From the NCBI GenBank assembly GCA_040755995.1, contig JBFMAF010000027.1, forward strand, positions 17,392 through 81,391: a DNA stretch of 64,000 bases, given 5' to 3'. Shown here piece by piece: positions 17,705 through 26,680 of this stretch. A program made the translations under genes and the position numbers. The first letter of the stretch is position 1. Every line of letters starts with the position of its first letter. The notes below the pieces were generated by a model that did not search any database, had not been told where the DNA came from, and saw only the letters and a program-made list of their open reading frames with translations. The stretch is from Acidobacteriota bacterium (GTDB lineage Bacteria > Acidobacteriota > CAIWXX01).

Positions 17705-18448
17705 CTACTTGATGTGGCAGGTAGTGCAGATCGCACTTGTGGCGTTGGATTTGCGAAGGAACGACCCCTGCGTGTTGTTGTGAGGATTGTGGCAGCTTCC
17801 GCACTCGACCGTTGCCGATGCCGCCGCCGCCCCGTAGAGGGGCAGATCGCCGGTGCCGGACGCCACGTAAATCTTGGACCCGACCTGAGTCTCGGTGACG
17901 AACTCAGTCGGCGTGGCGAGTCGCGCCGTCTGGTAGATGATCGTTATAGGGTGGTCGTTGCGAAGATCGGTCCCCATCGCGGGGATGCCACCGGTCATCA
18001 GGTTGTTGGACCCTGGAGCGACGTTCCCATAGGTGGCCTTCGCCGCCCCCTGTACCGTGAATGCAACGGCCGGGCCGAAGGCGGCGCCGTTGAGGTTGAC
18101 AAGAACGTCAACCGCGATGCTCCCGTCGTGGCAACTCATACAGGCTCCCGAAACACTGCCGGCGATCTGCGCGGAACTCGGCGCGGCAGCGTCCATGGTC
18201 GAGCTGCTGTAGACCTGATAAGTCGATGTCACGTTGTTCCGGTTCCAGAGTGGAGCCGTCGAGTTCAGGTTGGCACCGTGCGGCGTGTGACAGAAGACGC
18301 ACGTCTGCCCGTTGATGGATGCGTTGCCGTTTCTGAGTGCCGAACCGGCGCTGAGATCATGAGGCCCCGTGGCGATCGTTGCCTGTGCGAACCCCGTCGC
18401 GGCCGCCAACAGCAGTGCAGCGGCAACCGTTAGAATCTGTCTCCTCAT
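17705..18448 (-). CDS. omcE: OmcE-like tetraheme cytochrome c (candidate nanowire subunit)
   Basis: Signal peptide, PHDLS, CVFCHTPH, PLWNRN, YSSSTM, CMSCHDG, MGTDLRNDHP, LPLY, ECGSCHNPH, FLR, ICTTCHIK: same motif order as I recall for Geobacter OmcE; strong RBS GAGGAGG. Confidence 0.8.
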   Translation of the reverse strand: MRRQILTVAAALLLAAATGFAQATIATGPHDLSAGSALRNGNASINGQTCVFCHTPHGANLNSTAPLWNRNNVTSTYQVYSSSTMDAAAPSSAQIAGSVSGACMSCHDGSIAVDVLVNLNGAAFGPAVAFTVQGAAKATYGNVAPGSNNLMTGGIPAMGTDLRNDHPITIIYQTARLATPTEFVTETQVGSKIYVASGTGDLPLYGAAAASATVECGSCHNPHNNTQGSFLRKSNATSAICTTCHIK

Positions 18449-18525
18449 TATTAGTCCTCCTCTCATGGCGGGCTTACAGCACCACGAGCCACACGTGCCT
18501 GGAAGCCGCCTTCGCCCAGTATCCA

Positions 18526-18541
18526 TGCATTTTCAATGCCA
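18526..18541 (-). promoter_or_regulatory. sigma54 -24/-12 promoter
   Basis: Minus strand TGGCAT-TGAAA-ATGCA, GG/GC correctly spaced, ~78 nt upstream of the omcE-like ATG. Confidence 0.6.
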
Positions 18542-18696
18542 CGATTGGAGGCAGATCATCCTGGCGTAACAGCAATCACCTCAAGCACTTACGTATGAGT
18601 CGGACAGGGAGGAAGGGTTGGCACCGAGGATCTGCGTGATTTTGCGCAGCTTTCTGCGCGAATTTCCGCAGGGCTCGCCTGAGCCGCTATCCGAGC

Positions 18697-19779
18697 TCAG
18701 TGGCCCAAGGACTCAGCCGCCGATTCCCGAATGTACTGAAAAACCTGCACCCGGGAATTGCCCTGGTCCGCGACATAGATGCGGTCCTGATCGTCCACGA
18801 AGAGCCCGGCCGGCAGGATGAACTGTCCGGGTCCGCGCCCTGGCAAGCCTACAAAGAGGAGAATCGCCCCCTGGGAGTCGAATATCTGGAAGTTGTTGAA
18901 GGATGCGTCCGCGACGTAAATGTGGCCTTCGCTGTCCACGCCTACTCCCTTCGGCCGGTTCAGACATCCGGGAGTATCGCCCTGCTTGCCGACCTCACGG
19001 ATGAAATCGCCCTCGGGACCAAACACCTGTATTCTGAAGTTGAGCGTGTCGGCAACGTAGAGCTGGCTGTGACGGTCGACGAAGATGTTGGTAGGGAAGT
19101 TGAACTTGCCTGGGTCGACACCGCGCTCACCGATGGTCCTGATGAAGCTCCCGTCAGCGCTCGAGTAGCACAGCACGATGTGCTTCTTCGAGTCGGCAAC
19201 GTAGAGCCGCTTGAGCTGCCTGTCGATGGCCATTCCAGACGGGTTTTCGAGCTCGCCTTCACGCCCGATAGCGATGGCGAGACCCCCATCGGGTCCATAG
19301 CCGAACACCCGGTTTAGAGTCGCATCAGCCACGAAGACCATGCCTTCATCATCCACCGCCACTCCGATCGGCTTGGCAAGCCTCCCTTGCCCTTCCTCGC
19401 CCACGAAGTCCACGTCTCGTGCGACAGGATCGAATCGAAAGACCCGGCGCGCCGCCGTGTCCGTCACGTACACGCGTCCAGTGACGTCGGCTGCCACGCC
19501 ATACGGCTTCACGAGCACTTCGATCGCGCGTGGCTGCTCAGGGCCAAGCAGCATGGACTTCCACCTGGACTGTTTCTGGCCGAAATCGCCCACGCCGCGA
19601 TACGTTGTGAGGTACTTGATACGCGGGCGTTCGGGGGGCAGCGGCCATACCAGGTCTGTGGGTTTGGCCGAGGGCTGCTTGGGCTTCGCGGGACCGCAGA
19701 CATCCAGCAGGCACAACCACGCAGTCACCACAACCAGAAGCCCGACAGCACGCCCAGCTCGGTCACTCATGGTGCCCAT
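18697..19779 (-). CDS. NHL-repeat (6-bladed beta-propeller) protein
   Basis: VWPLPPERPRI leader; repeats KPYGVA, KPIGVAVD, FNFPTNIFVD, LNRPKGVGVD; paralogue of 13580-14578. Confidence 0.9.
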   Translation of the reverse strand: MGTMSDRAGRAVGLLVVVTAWLCLLDVCGPAKPKQPSAKPTDLVWPLPPERPRIKYLTTYRGVGDFGQKQSRWKSMLLGPEQPRAIEVLVKPYGVAADVTGRVYVTDTAARRVFRFDPVARDVDFVGEEGQGRLAKPIGVAVDDEGMVFVADATLNRVFGYGPDGGLAIAIGREGELENPSGMAIDRQLKRLYVADSKKHIVLCYSSADGSFIRTIGERGVDPGKFNFPTNIFVDRHSQLYVADTLNFRIQVFGPEGDFIREVGKQGDTPGCLNRPKGVGVDSEGHIYVADASFNNFQIFDSQGAILLFVGLPGRGPGQFILPAGLFVDDQDRIYVADQGNSRVQVFQYIRESAAESLGH

Positions 19780-19791
19780 CGGACATCACCC

Positions 19792-20862
19792 CTACATCTT
19801 GTGGCACTTCTGGCAAACGCCCTCCCCCGGCGCGATTGGGAACGCCAGCAGTTTGGGCGAGGCAGTTCCATGGGGCACATGGCAGCTCAGGCAGTCCAGC
19901 GCCTTTCCGTTTTCGGATGGATGGATCGGGCCCGAGACCGGATGGCCGAAAATCGGGTGCCCTGTGCCGTTCTTGTCAAGGTTGATCTGATGAACCTTCC
20001 GCAAGTAAGACCCCGGCACAGAGACGCCGGGCATGATCTCGATCGAGACTGCGGGCAGCGACCCCGCCGCCGCCGGCGACTGGTGACAAGCAAGGCACAC
20101 GGCGTTCACATCGCCGCGCAGGCGCGCGGCGGAGTTGGACGCATGCGGATCATGACAGGCCTGGCACCCCGGGTCTCGTGCCGCTGCATGACTGGACGCC
20201 ATTTTCAGTTCCGCTGCAACATCCTCGTGGCAATTCAGGCAGAGTGCGGTCTCAGGCTCAAGCAGGTGCGCTGGGTATCGAGATGCGTGTGGGCTGTGGC
20301 AGGACACACAGCCTTCCGACTCTATCACCGGGTGGACGACCTTCGCGCCGGCGAAACGCTTCAGCAGATCCTCGTGGCATGCAGCACAGATGTCCTGAAC
20401 ATTCTCCGCCACGAGCTTGACCTTCCCGTTCTCGGGGGGCGCGTGACAGGAATCGCATTGACCTCCCGCCATCGGCGCGTGCGTGTATTCGAGCAACAGC
20501 GCATCGTTTTTCGATCCGTGTGGCGCGTGACACGTTGTGCAGGAAGCCGCTGCGATCGGTTGCGAACCATGTTTCGTCGCCAACTCCTTGTCGTTGAGGT
20601 CGTGGCAGGCTCCGCACAGCTCGACGAAGGTGCCGGCAAGGTACGGTGGATTCCTTCCTTTCGTCAGATCATGGCAGACCGTACAGCCCTCTTCGGTGGC
20701 CGCATGCGGACCGGCGGCGATCTCGGCCGCGACGGTGTCATGACAGCTCAGGCAGAGTTCCTTGGTCAGTTTTTCCCCCTCAAGGTCAGGGTGCTCCGCA
20801 GTCAGACCCCGCACTGGCATCGAACAGAGGGCGGTTGTGGCAATCAGGACAGCGAGCCGCAT
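19792..20862 (-). CDS. dodecaheme cytochrome c (paired-CXXCH type)
   Basis: 12 CXXCH motifs counted; start reassigned to ATG 20862 (signal peptide MRLAVLIATTALCSMPVRGLTA); the ORF track start is 20961. Confidence 0.9.
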   Translation of the reverse strand: MRLAVLIATTALCSMPVRGLTAEHPDLEGEKLTKELCLSCHDTVAAEIAAGPHAATEEGCTVCHDLTKGRNPPYLAGTFVELCGACHDLNDKELATKHGSQPIAAASCTTCHAPHGSKNDALLLEYTHAPMAGGQCDSCHAPPENGKVKLVAENVQDICAACHEDLLKRFAGAKVVHPVIESEGCVSCHSPHASRYPAHLLEPETALCLNCHEDVAAELKMASSHAAARDPGCQACHDPHASNSAARLRGDVNAVCLACHQSPAAAGSLPAVSIEIMPGVSVPGSYLRKVHQINLDKNGTGHPIFGHPVSGPIHPSENGKALDCLSCHVPHGTASPKLLAFPIAPGEGVCQKCHKM

Positions 20863-20988
20863 CCGGTTCCAGCTATCCGGCCCGGCCCCCGGTAGGCCGC
20901 GCGGCCCCATCCTCCGCGAGCCAGTCGATGGGCACGTCATCTCAGCCACCACCGGGTCCATCCTGAGTGCGCCATCGACCCATTATAC

Positions 20989-21004
20989 TGCAAGAAGGCT
21001 GCCA
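20989..21004 (-). promoter_or_regulatory. sigma54 -24/-12 promoter
   Basis: Minus strand TGGCAG-CCTTC-TTGCA upstream of the dodecaheme gene. Confidence 0.7.
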
Positions 21005-21682
21005 GAGAGAGTCGGCGCAGACCAGAACCAGAAGGTGCTCGGCCGATTGGCGGCACCTTCGGGGCATACGATGTCGCGTCGGATCCAGCGCGGCCTCTAT
21101 GTGCCACTGCCAAAGATCCGATCGCCATTCGCTTACTCCGCTGGCTCTGTCCACGACACCCGAGTCTTCCACCTGGATCACCCTCAATTCTCGTTCGCAC
21201 CACCTGTGCCCGGCATCGGTTGCACGACTACCTACGCGCCTCCCTATCAGGCTGTCGTGGGCGACGTGGCAATGCCTCCGGACATCGTGAGAGTGTCGGC
21301 CGGCGGGCGCGAGGAGTACTACTCGATGGCGCGCAACTGAGAGGTCCCGGCCCCAAGGACGGGGGCGGGAACGGCCCTTCGGCTCCGGGAGGGAATGGCA
21401 ATCGGGGCCGACATGAAGCTCAGGTACTCAGATTTCTTTGTCGGTACGGAACCCCCAGGCTATCAAGTGGATCAATTCGTGGGGCGCGGCAGGGACGACG
21501 TCCTCTATCAGGCCGACCACACTGTGCACTTGCAGCCCAAGCTCGTAGCCCGGCCGAACGATACGACCACGTGGATCACGGTCACCGTGAACTGGCTTTC
21601 CATCACCTACGAGATAGTCAGGAGCGATCAGATGGGCACGGGCATTCGTTGATCATGAGGAACCTGCACACAGGTGACCCGG

Positions 21683-24088
21683 TCATTCAGCAGGATGCGT
21701 GGCCCCGCAAGCGAGCAGGTCCAGGATCTCGCCTGAGAGGTACGAATCGTAATTGAAAACTGTGAAACCGCCTGTCCCCTGCTGCCGCGTCTCCAGGATC
21801 TGCACTATTACCTGGTCGGCGGTGAGGTGTGGCGCGCACGCGCCAATCCCGGGGTAGACCGGAATCGCCCCGTTCACGAACCGCATCTGCTTCGACAGCA
21901 GCTCGGAGAACTCATCCGCCTCCGGCGTGTAGTCCATCGGGTGAACCGTGTCGAGATATCCCTTGCGGATCCAGTCGAGCCAATCCTGGCCGACCGTCTT
22001 GCGACATGACGGGTAGTCGCTGAAAACCGCTGCGGAGATCCTGATCTGAGGCTTGAGGGCCTTCGCCCTGTCGTGCACTTCGCGGACAAGTGCAGTGATC
22101 TGCTTCGCACGCCAGTCGCGATACTCCTTCCGCAGCGAGCCGCTGTAGCTGTCCTGCGGCCAGTGCGCCACTGGAGATCCCCGCTCCGTCTCGAATCGCG
22201 ACCGGCAGCCGTCGCAATAGCACGTGGTCTCATCGGGGTATCGGATGTAGTCGAAATGAATGCCGTCCACGCCATAGCGCGATGCCACCTCGAGCATCGA
22301 GTCCGCCTCGAGCTTCCGGTTCAGCGGGTGCGACGGGCACAGCCATCTGACCTCCTCGCCCCACACGTCGACCTGCGTCCTATTCTCGGACTTCATCTTC
22401 TCGTAGAACCATTCCGGAGCGGAGTAGAGATTCCAGTTCACCTTCCAGACGTGGACCTCGATCCCGAGCGGCTTGCAAGCGGCGAGGCACTGTGCGATCT
22501 GGTCGCCGTATTCGCGGAACGTAGCTGAGCGTGGCAGGAGCGCCGACGGATAGTGAGCTGAGCCTGCATCCAGCATGTTGGGGATGACTGCATTGAACCC
22601 AGAATCGGCCAGCTGGCGCGCCGACCGCGCCCAGTCTCCGGGCCAGACGCCCGTGCCCGTGTGGTTCCAGACGGCGCGGAGCTCGGAAGAGGCGGGGCGC
22701 TGGCAGAGCGCGTACGCGCTGATCAGGGCGCGGCGCGCGTTGAACGCCGGGGCGATCACTTGCGGGTACGCGGATTTCTGATAGGCGCTCCACGCGGCGG
22801 CGTGCCGCGCCTTCGCCGCAGCAAGCTCCGCCAAGACTGCCTCGGGGTCGAGACTTGACGGCGCCTTCGCCTCGATGTCTCGACACGCCTCATCGAATCC
22901 GGCGTACCTGCCGACCTCGCCGTCGTGAGCAATGGCGTCGCCGGCGATCGTCTTCCTGAGAGCCGGCACGTGGTGGGCGATGAGAGCCAGGAGCATCTGC
23001 GACTTCCCGAGCGGGTCATCTCCGAGCAGCACATGCGAGAAGTACACGCCGGCGGGGCCATCGAAGAGAGCTGGGTCGGAAGCGGCAGCCCCCTCGCACG
23101 CTTCCCATCGAGCGATGATTCGAGTGGCGGCGGAGGCACTGGAGGCGACCATGTGTCCCCAGGATTCCTGGAGCACCTGCTCGGGAAGGCCCGTCATTCG
23201 CGGATTTGAGAATCGAATCGAACAGGCCTCGCGGTCGCTCCATGATGTCTCCCTGATCCCCAGCAGCTTCTCCAGCCGATCGTCCACATCGCAGCAGGCG
23301 AAGAGCTTTCCCCCTCGACCGACGTACTCCTCGATCCGATCGAGCTCTGAGTCCGACATCACGGGGTTGTACGGAAAGATGGCAATCCTAGAGCCATCGA
23401 GCATGCCGGACTCCACATCCTCGTCGGTGAGCAGGGTTGGGCGCAGATCATACTCCCGCAGTCGGTCCAGGAATGGCGCGCAGTACTCATCGACGTCCTC
23501 TCCCCACTCAGCGGACGTCTTCGTTCCCTTGACCACCATGACATCGGCCGTGTAGGCCCAGAGACGATCGGCATAGAGGCTGGTGTCGCGGGACTTCCCG
23601 CGCCAGGGCGAGAGCCGGATGCCGTCGACGCGATCCCAGCCTGCCGGCGACCCCTCGATGCTGAAGTCCGGCTTGTCGAACACCAGCGTGTTCCATCCGG
23701 GCTCATCCAGCGAAGCGCCCCCGGCATACCATCCGTCGCCGCTTCGGAAATAGAGAGTGAACCAGCCGGCGGCCTGGGGGTCGGCGCAGTAGACGAGGAG
23801 CGCGAATGAATGGAAGCGCGAAAGATTCAGGGAGACGTCCCGGTCCCAGTAGCACCGCTCGCGCCCGGGCTGCGTGAAATCGCACGGAAAGACCGCGAAG
23901 GGCCCGGCCGAGTCGAGCTTGTCCATGCGCGCGAGCGGCGATTGAGCCTGGGCGACCCATGCAGCTCTGACGGCCGCGTTGTCACTGTAGGAGAAGGTGT
24001 CGATGTCGAGTTGTGTGGCGGCCTGCGCCCGTGACGCGAGGACGACGAGCACCAGCACAAGCAATCTGCACGGACGGTTCGCATTCAT
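21683..24088 (-). CDS. secreted glycosyl hydrolase-like 10 (YddW/GHL10) family protein with N-terminal accessory domains
   Basis: ELRAVW, GIEVHVW, WLCPSHP, YGVDGIHFDYIRYP, ISAAVF, GQDWLDW, PMDY; signal peptide. Confidence 0.85.
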   Translation of the reverse strand: MNANRPCRLLVLVLVVLASRAQAATQLDIDTFSYSDNAAVRAAWVAQAQSPLARMDKLDSAGPFAVFPCDFTQPGRERCYWDRDVSLNLSRFHSFALLVYCADPQAAGWFTLYFRSGDGWYAGGASLDEPGWNTLVFDKPDFSIEGSPAGWDRVDGIRLSPWRGKSRDTSLYADRLWAYTADVMVVKGTKTSAEWGEDVDEYCAPFLDRLREYDLRPTLLTDEDVESGMLDGSRIAIFPYNPVMSDSELDRIEEYVGRGGKLFACCDVDDRLEKLLGIRETSWSDREACSIRFSNPRMTGLPEQVLQESWGHMVASSASAATRIIARWEACEGAAASDPALFDGPAGVYFSHVLLGDDPLGKSQMLLALIAHHVPALRKTIAGDAIAHDGEVGRYAGFDEACRDIEAKAPSSLDPEAVLAELAAAKARHAAAWSAYQKSAYPQVIAPAFNARRALISAYALCQRPASSELRAVWNHTGTGVWPGDWARSARQLADSGFNAVIPNMLDAGSAHYPSALLPRSATFREYGDQIAQCLAACKPLGIEVHVWKVNWNLYSAPEWFYEKMKSENRTQVDVWGEEVRWLCPSHPLNRKLEADSMLEVASRYGVDGIHFDYIRYPDETTCYCDGCRSRFETERGSPVAHWPQDSYSGSLRKEYRDWRAKQITALVREVHDRAKALKPQIRISAAVFSDYPSCRKTVGQDWLDWIRKGYLDTVHPMDYTPEADEFSELLSKQMRFVNGAIPVYPGIGACAPHLTADQVIVQILETRQQGTGGFTVFNYDSYLSGEILDLLACGATHPAE

Positions 24089-24100
24089 GATGGCCTCCGG

Positions 24101-24768
24101 CTATCGTTTTCTCCGCTTCTCCAGCATTTCCCGCATCATCCGCTCGGCTTCTTCGTCTCCGTACTGCCGCCGCAGGTCGGTCTGGATCGAATAGGGCGGG
24201 AGCGAGTCGGCGACGGCATCTGCCTCCTTGGTGCGGCCCATCGCGCGCAGCAGGTTCTCGTAGGCCCACACAGCATCATAGAGATCCGGATGCCTGTCAT
24301 CCAGATACCTGCGGCGGATGGCGATGGCACGTTGATAATAGGGCTCGGCCTCCGCGTATTGCTTCAGTTCGTGGTACACGCTCGCCAGCCCAAGCGCTGT
24401 CTGCGACAGCTGCAGCGTCTCCTCTTTCGATGTCTTCTCTTCGATCATGAGCGCTCTCAGCAGACACGCTTCAGCGTCCGCGTAGCGTTTCTGGTTGCAC
24501 ATCACGGCTGCTGGCGAGTTGAGCGCGTCGGCGATCCTCGGATCTTCGTTGCCCTGCTTTGTCTCGATAAGCTGGATGATGCGCCGGTACTTCTCCTCGA
24601 TGATTCGGTCCCTCGCCTGCCCATGTTGCAGTGGATGGAAGCTGTGTTCTGAACGGAGCAACCTTCTGATCTCATCTCGCGCGAATCCTCCGGTCGCAGC
24701 CTCGTCCCGCAAGCCAGGCAGTACGAGTACTTGCCGTCAATCTCGACCCCGCACGTCGGACAGCTCAC
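24101..24768 (-). pseudogene. zinc-ribbon plus TPR protein, frameshifted
   Basis: RBS AGGAG and GTG 24768 begin CPTCG...YCLACG in one frame; kinesin-light-chain-type TPRs (LASVYHELKQYAEAEPYYQRAIAIR) lie in another frame. Confidence 0.55.
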
Positions 24769-24930
24769 GGCAGCTCCTGCCTTATCCGCGATACTACCAT
24801 CAGCAGCTGCGATGGTACATGGGGGAGCCTGATCCCGCCACACGGTCCTTGCAGTCGTGGACTGGCCAATCTGCCCCCCGTTGTCACAATAACTCGATCG
24901 TCCAGACGTTAGTCAGGGTAGCTGATCAGG

Positions 24931-25524
24931 GTGATAGGATTGAGCCAGGTGGCGCTCTTGGAGATGGATGCCGATCTTGTGGCGGCGTATCGGCAGGGAG
25001 ACGCGCGGGCGTTCGAGCAGCTGGTGCAGCGGTACGAGCGGCCGTTGTTCACATACATATTGCGGATGCTCGGCAACCGGGAGGACGCTGAGGATGTTTT
25101 CCAGGATACGGTGCGGCGAATTCTGGAACACATGGAATCGTATGAAGAACGAGGCAAGTTTGGATCCTGGCTGTTCCGGATCGCGCATCGTCTCTGCGCC
25201 GACAGGGCTCGAAGAAGCGCACGATGGCGGCCCCTGTTGTCGAGGAAGATCCGCGCGGAGGACTCTGATCGGGCTCGTGAGTGGGCCGATCCGTCACCCG
25301 GACCAGACGAAGTCCTGGAGGAGAAAGAGCTGATGGACCTGATCGCTTGCGCCTTGCGACGGCTTCCGCCGCGACAGCGGGAGGTGTTCCTGCTGCGCGA
25401 ACATTCCGGGCTGAGGTTTCGCGAAATATCCGAGATCGTTGGGAGGCCGTTGAATACAGTCCTGGGCCAGATGCGGCTGGCCACGCTCGCCGTCCGCGCG
25501 GCGCTGGGGGAGAGAACGCGATGA
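24931..25524 (+). CDS. ECF RNA polymerase sigma factor
   Basis: AFEQLVQRY, DAEDVFQD, FGSWLFRIA, LPPRQREVFLLR, EISEIVG; start may be 24964. Confidence 0.92.
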   Translation: MIGLSQVALLEMDADLVAAYRQGDARAFEQLVQRYERPLFTYILRMLGNREDAEDVFQDTVRRILEHMESYEERGKFGSWLFRIAHRLCADRARRSARWRPLLSRKIRAEDSDRAREWADPSPGPDEVLEEKELMDLIACALRRLPPRQREVFLLREHSGLRFREISEIVGRPLNTVLGQMRLATLAVRAALGERTR

Positions 25525-26078
25525 AGAGCGCTTGCGACCGGAACATGCTGGCTCTGTTTCTGTATGAGGAGCTGGGCCGGGAGGAGCGGCGCGCGTTGCA
25601 AGGACATCTGGATGAGTGCGGGGACTGCACGCAGGAGCTGGCGCGCCTCGACGAGGCGTTGCATGTCTACAGACAGCTGCCCGACGAGATCCCGCCGCGA
25701 CGAGCGGTACTGTCGAGCGTGACTGCGGGCGGTGCTCCCGTGCGAGCCGGCCTTGCTCTGTGGCTGCGGAGGTGGACCGTGGCACTGGCGGCGGTCTGCG
25801 GAATTCTGCTGGTGGCGGGGCTGTCGATCCTGTCAATGCGGCTCTCCCTGCCGAGTACCACTCCGGGCGGCGGGATATCGGCCTGGACGACCGCTGAGAG
25901 CGAATCGCTGGACTCGCTCTCACGGCAACTCGCGTCCTATCGCAAGACTCAGGTTCCCGTTCGCAACCCGTCCGATGCTCTGAGCCGCGTTTCGATGCCG
26001 ACGCTGGATGAACAGATCTCCAGCTTGCGGCAGCAGATAGACACCCTTTCGAAATCAGTCTCGACGGAGACATTCTAG
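25521..26078 (+). CDS. zinc-binding anti-sigma factor (ZAS) with one TM helix
   Basis: HLDECGDC (HX3CX2C) motif, TM segment, ATGA overlap with the sigma gene. Confidence 0.85.
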   Translation: MKSACDRNMLALFLYEELGREERRALQGHLDECGDCTQELARLDEALHVYRQLPDEIPPRRAVLSSVTAGGAPVRAGLALWLRRWTVALAAVCGILLVAGLSILSMRLSLPSTTPGGGISAWTTAESESLDSLSRQLASYRKTQVPVRNPSDALSRVSMPTLDEQISSLRQQIDTLSKSVSTETF

Positions 26079-26090
26079 TAGGAGGAGACC

Positions 26091-26666
26091 ATGCTACGCA
26101 TTCTGCTCAGTGCACTGGCATCGTTGTCGATGCTGCTTGTATCGGCCTCGTGGATTGTCGCTCAACCGCAGCCGCCCGGCCCGCCTGCTCCTCCTGAGCC
26201 GAGGATGGAAGAGGCGGCGCTCAAATTCGTTCAGACCTACCACCCCAGCCGAGCGGAAGATCTCAAGCGCATGAGGGCGCAGCGCCCGGAAGAGTACAAC
26301 AGAGTCATCACGGACATCTGGCACAGGACGCAGGGACTGGCCGCCCTGCAGAGAGATGATCCCGCACGCTACGACCTCGAGATCCGGCAAGAGACCCTTG
26401 AGGAGAAATCGTTCGTCCTCGCTCAGAAGTACCGGGCCGCGAAGGATGAAAGGGAGAAACAGGACATCAGGAAGCAGGTCGAGGCCGCGGTGAACGAACA
26501 GTTCGAAGTTCGGGAGCAGATGAAGGAGGCGGATGTCAAGCGAATGGAGGCGGAGCTCCAGCAGGTGAAGGAGAAGCTGAAGCAGCGGCGCGCCAACCAG
26601 AGCGAGATAGTGAAACGGCGCGTGGACCAACTGCTCAGCATGGGCGAAGGCCTCGAATGGGATTGA
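26091..26666 (+). CDS. exported coiled-coil protein (third gene of the ECF triad)
   Basis: RBS AGGAGG, signal peptide, Pro-rich linker, E/K/R/Q-rich helices. Confidence 0.75.
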   Translation: MLRILLSALASLSMLLVSASWIVAQPQPPGPPAPPEPRMEEAALKFVQTYHPSRAEDLKRMRAQRPEEYNRVITDIWHRTQGLAALQRDDPARYDLEIRQETLEEKSFVLAQKYRAAKDEREKQDIRKQVEAAVNEQFEVREQMKEADVKRMEAELQQVKEKLKQRRANQSEIVKRRVDQLLSMGEGLEWD

Positions 26667-26680
26667 CCCAGACGCCGCGC

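Noticed and set aside
17705..18448. Assignment of the small cytochromes to OmcS or OmcZ
   Set aside because: Size (~210-250 aa), heme count (4-5) and motif order fit OmcE, not hexaheme OmcS or octaheme OmcZ
21071..21652. Two short plus-strand ORFs (21071-21340, 21395-21652) at the right edge of the cytochrome locus
   Set aside because: They look coding-like and may be gene fragments, but I cannot assign a family or show that they are real
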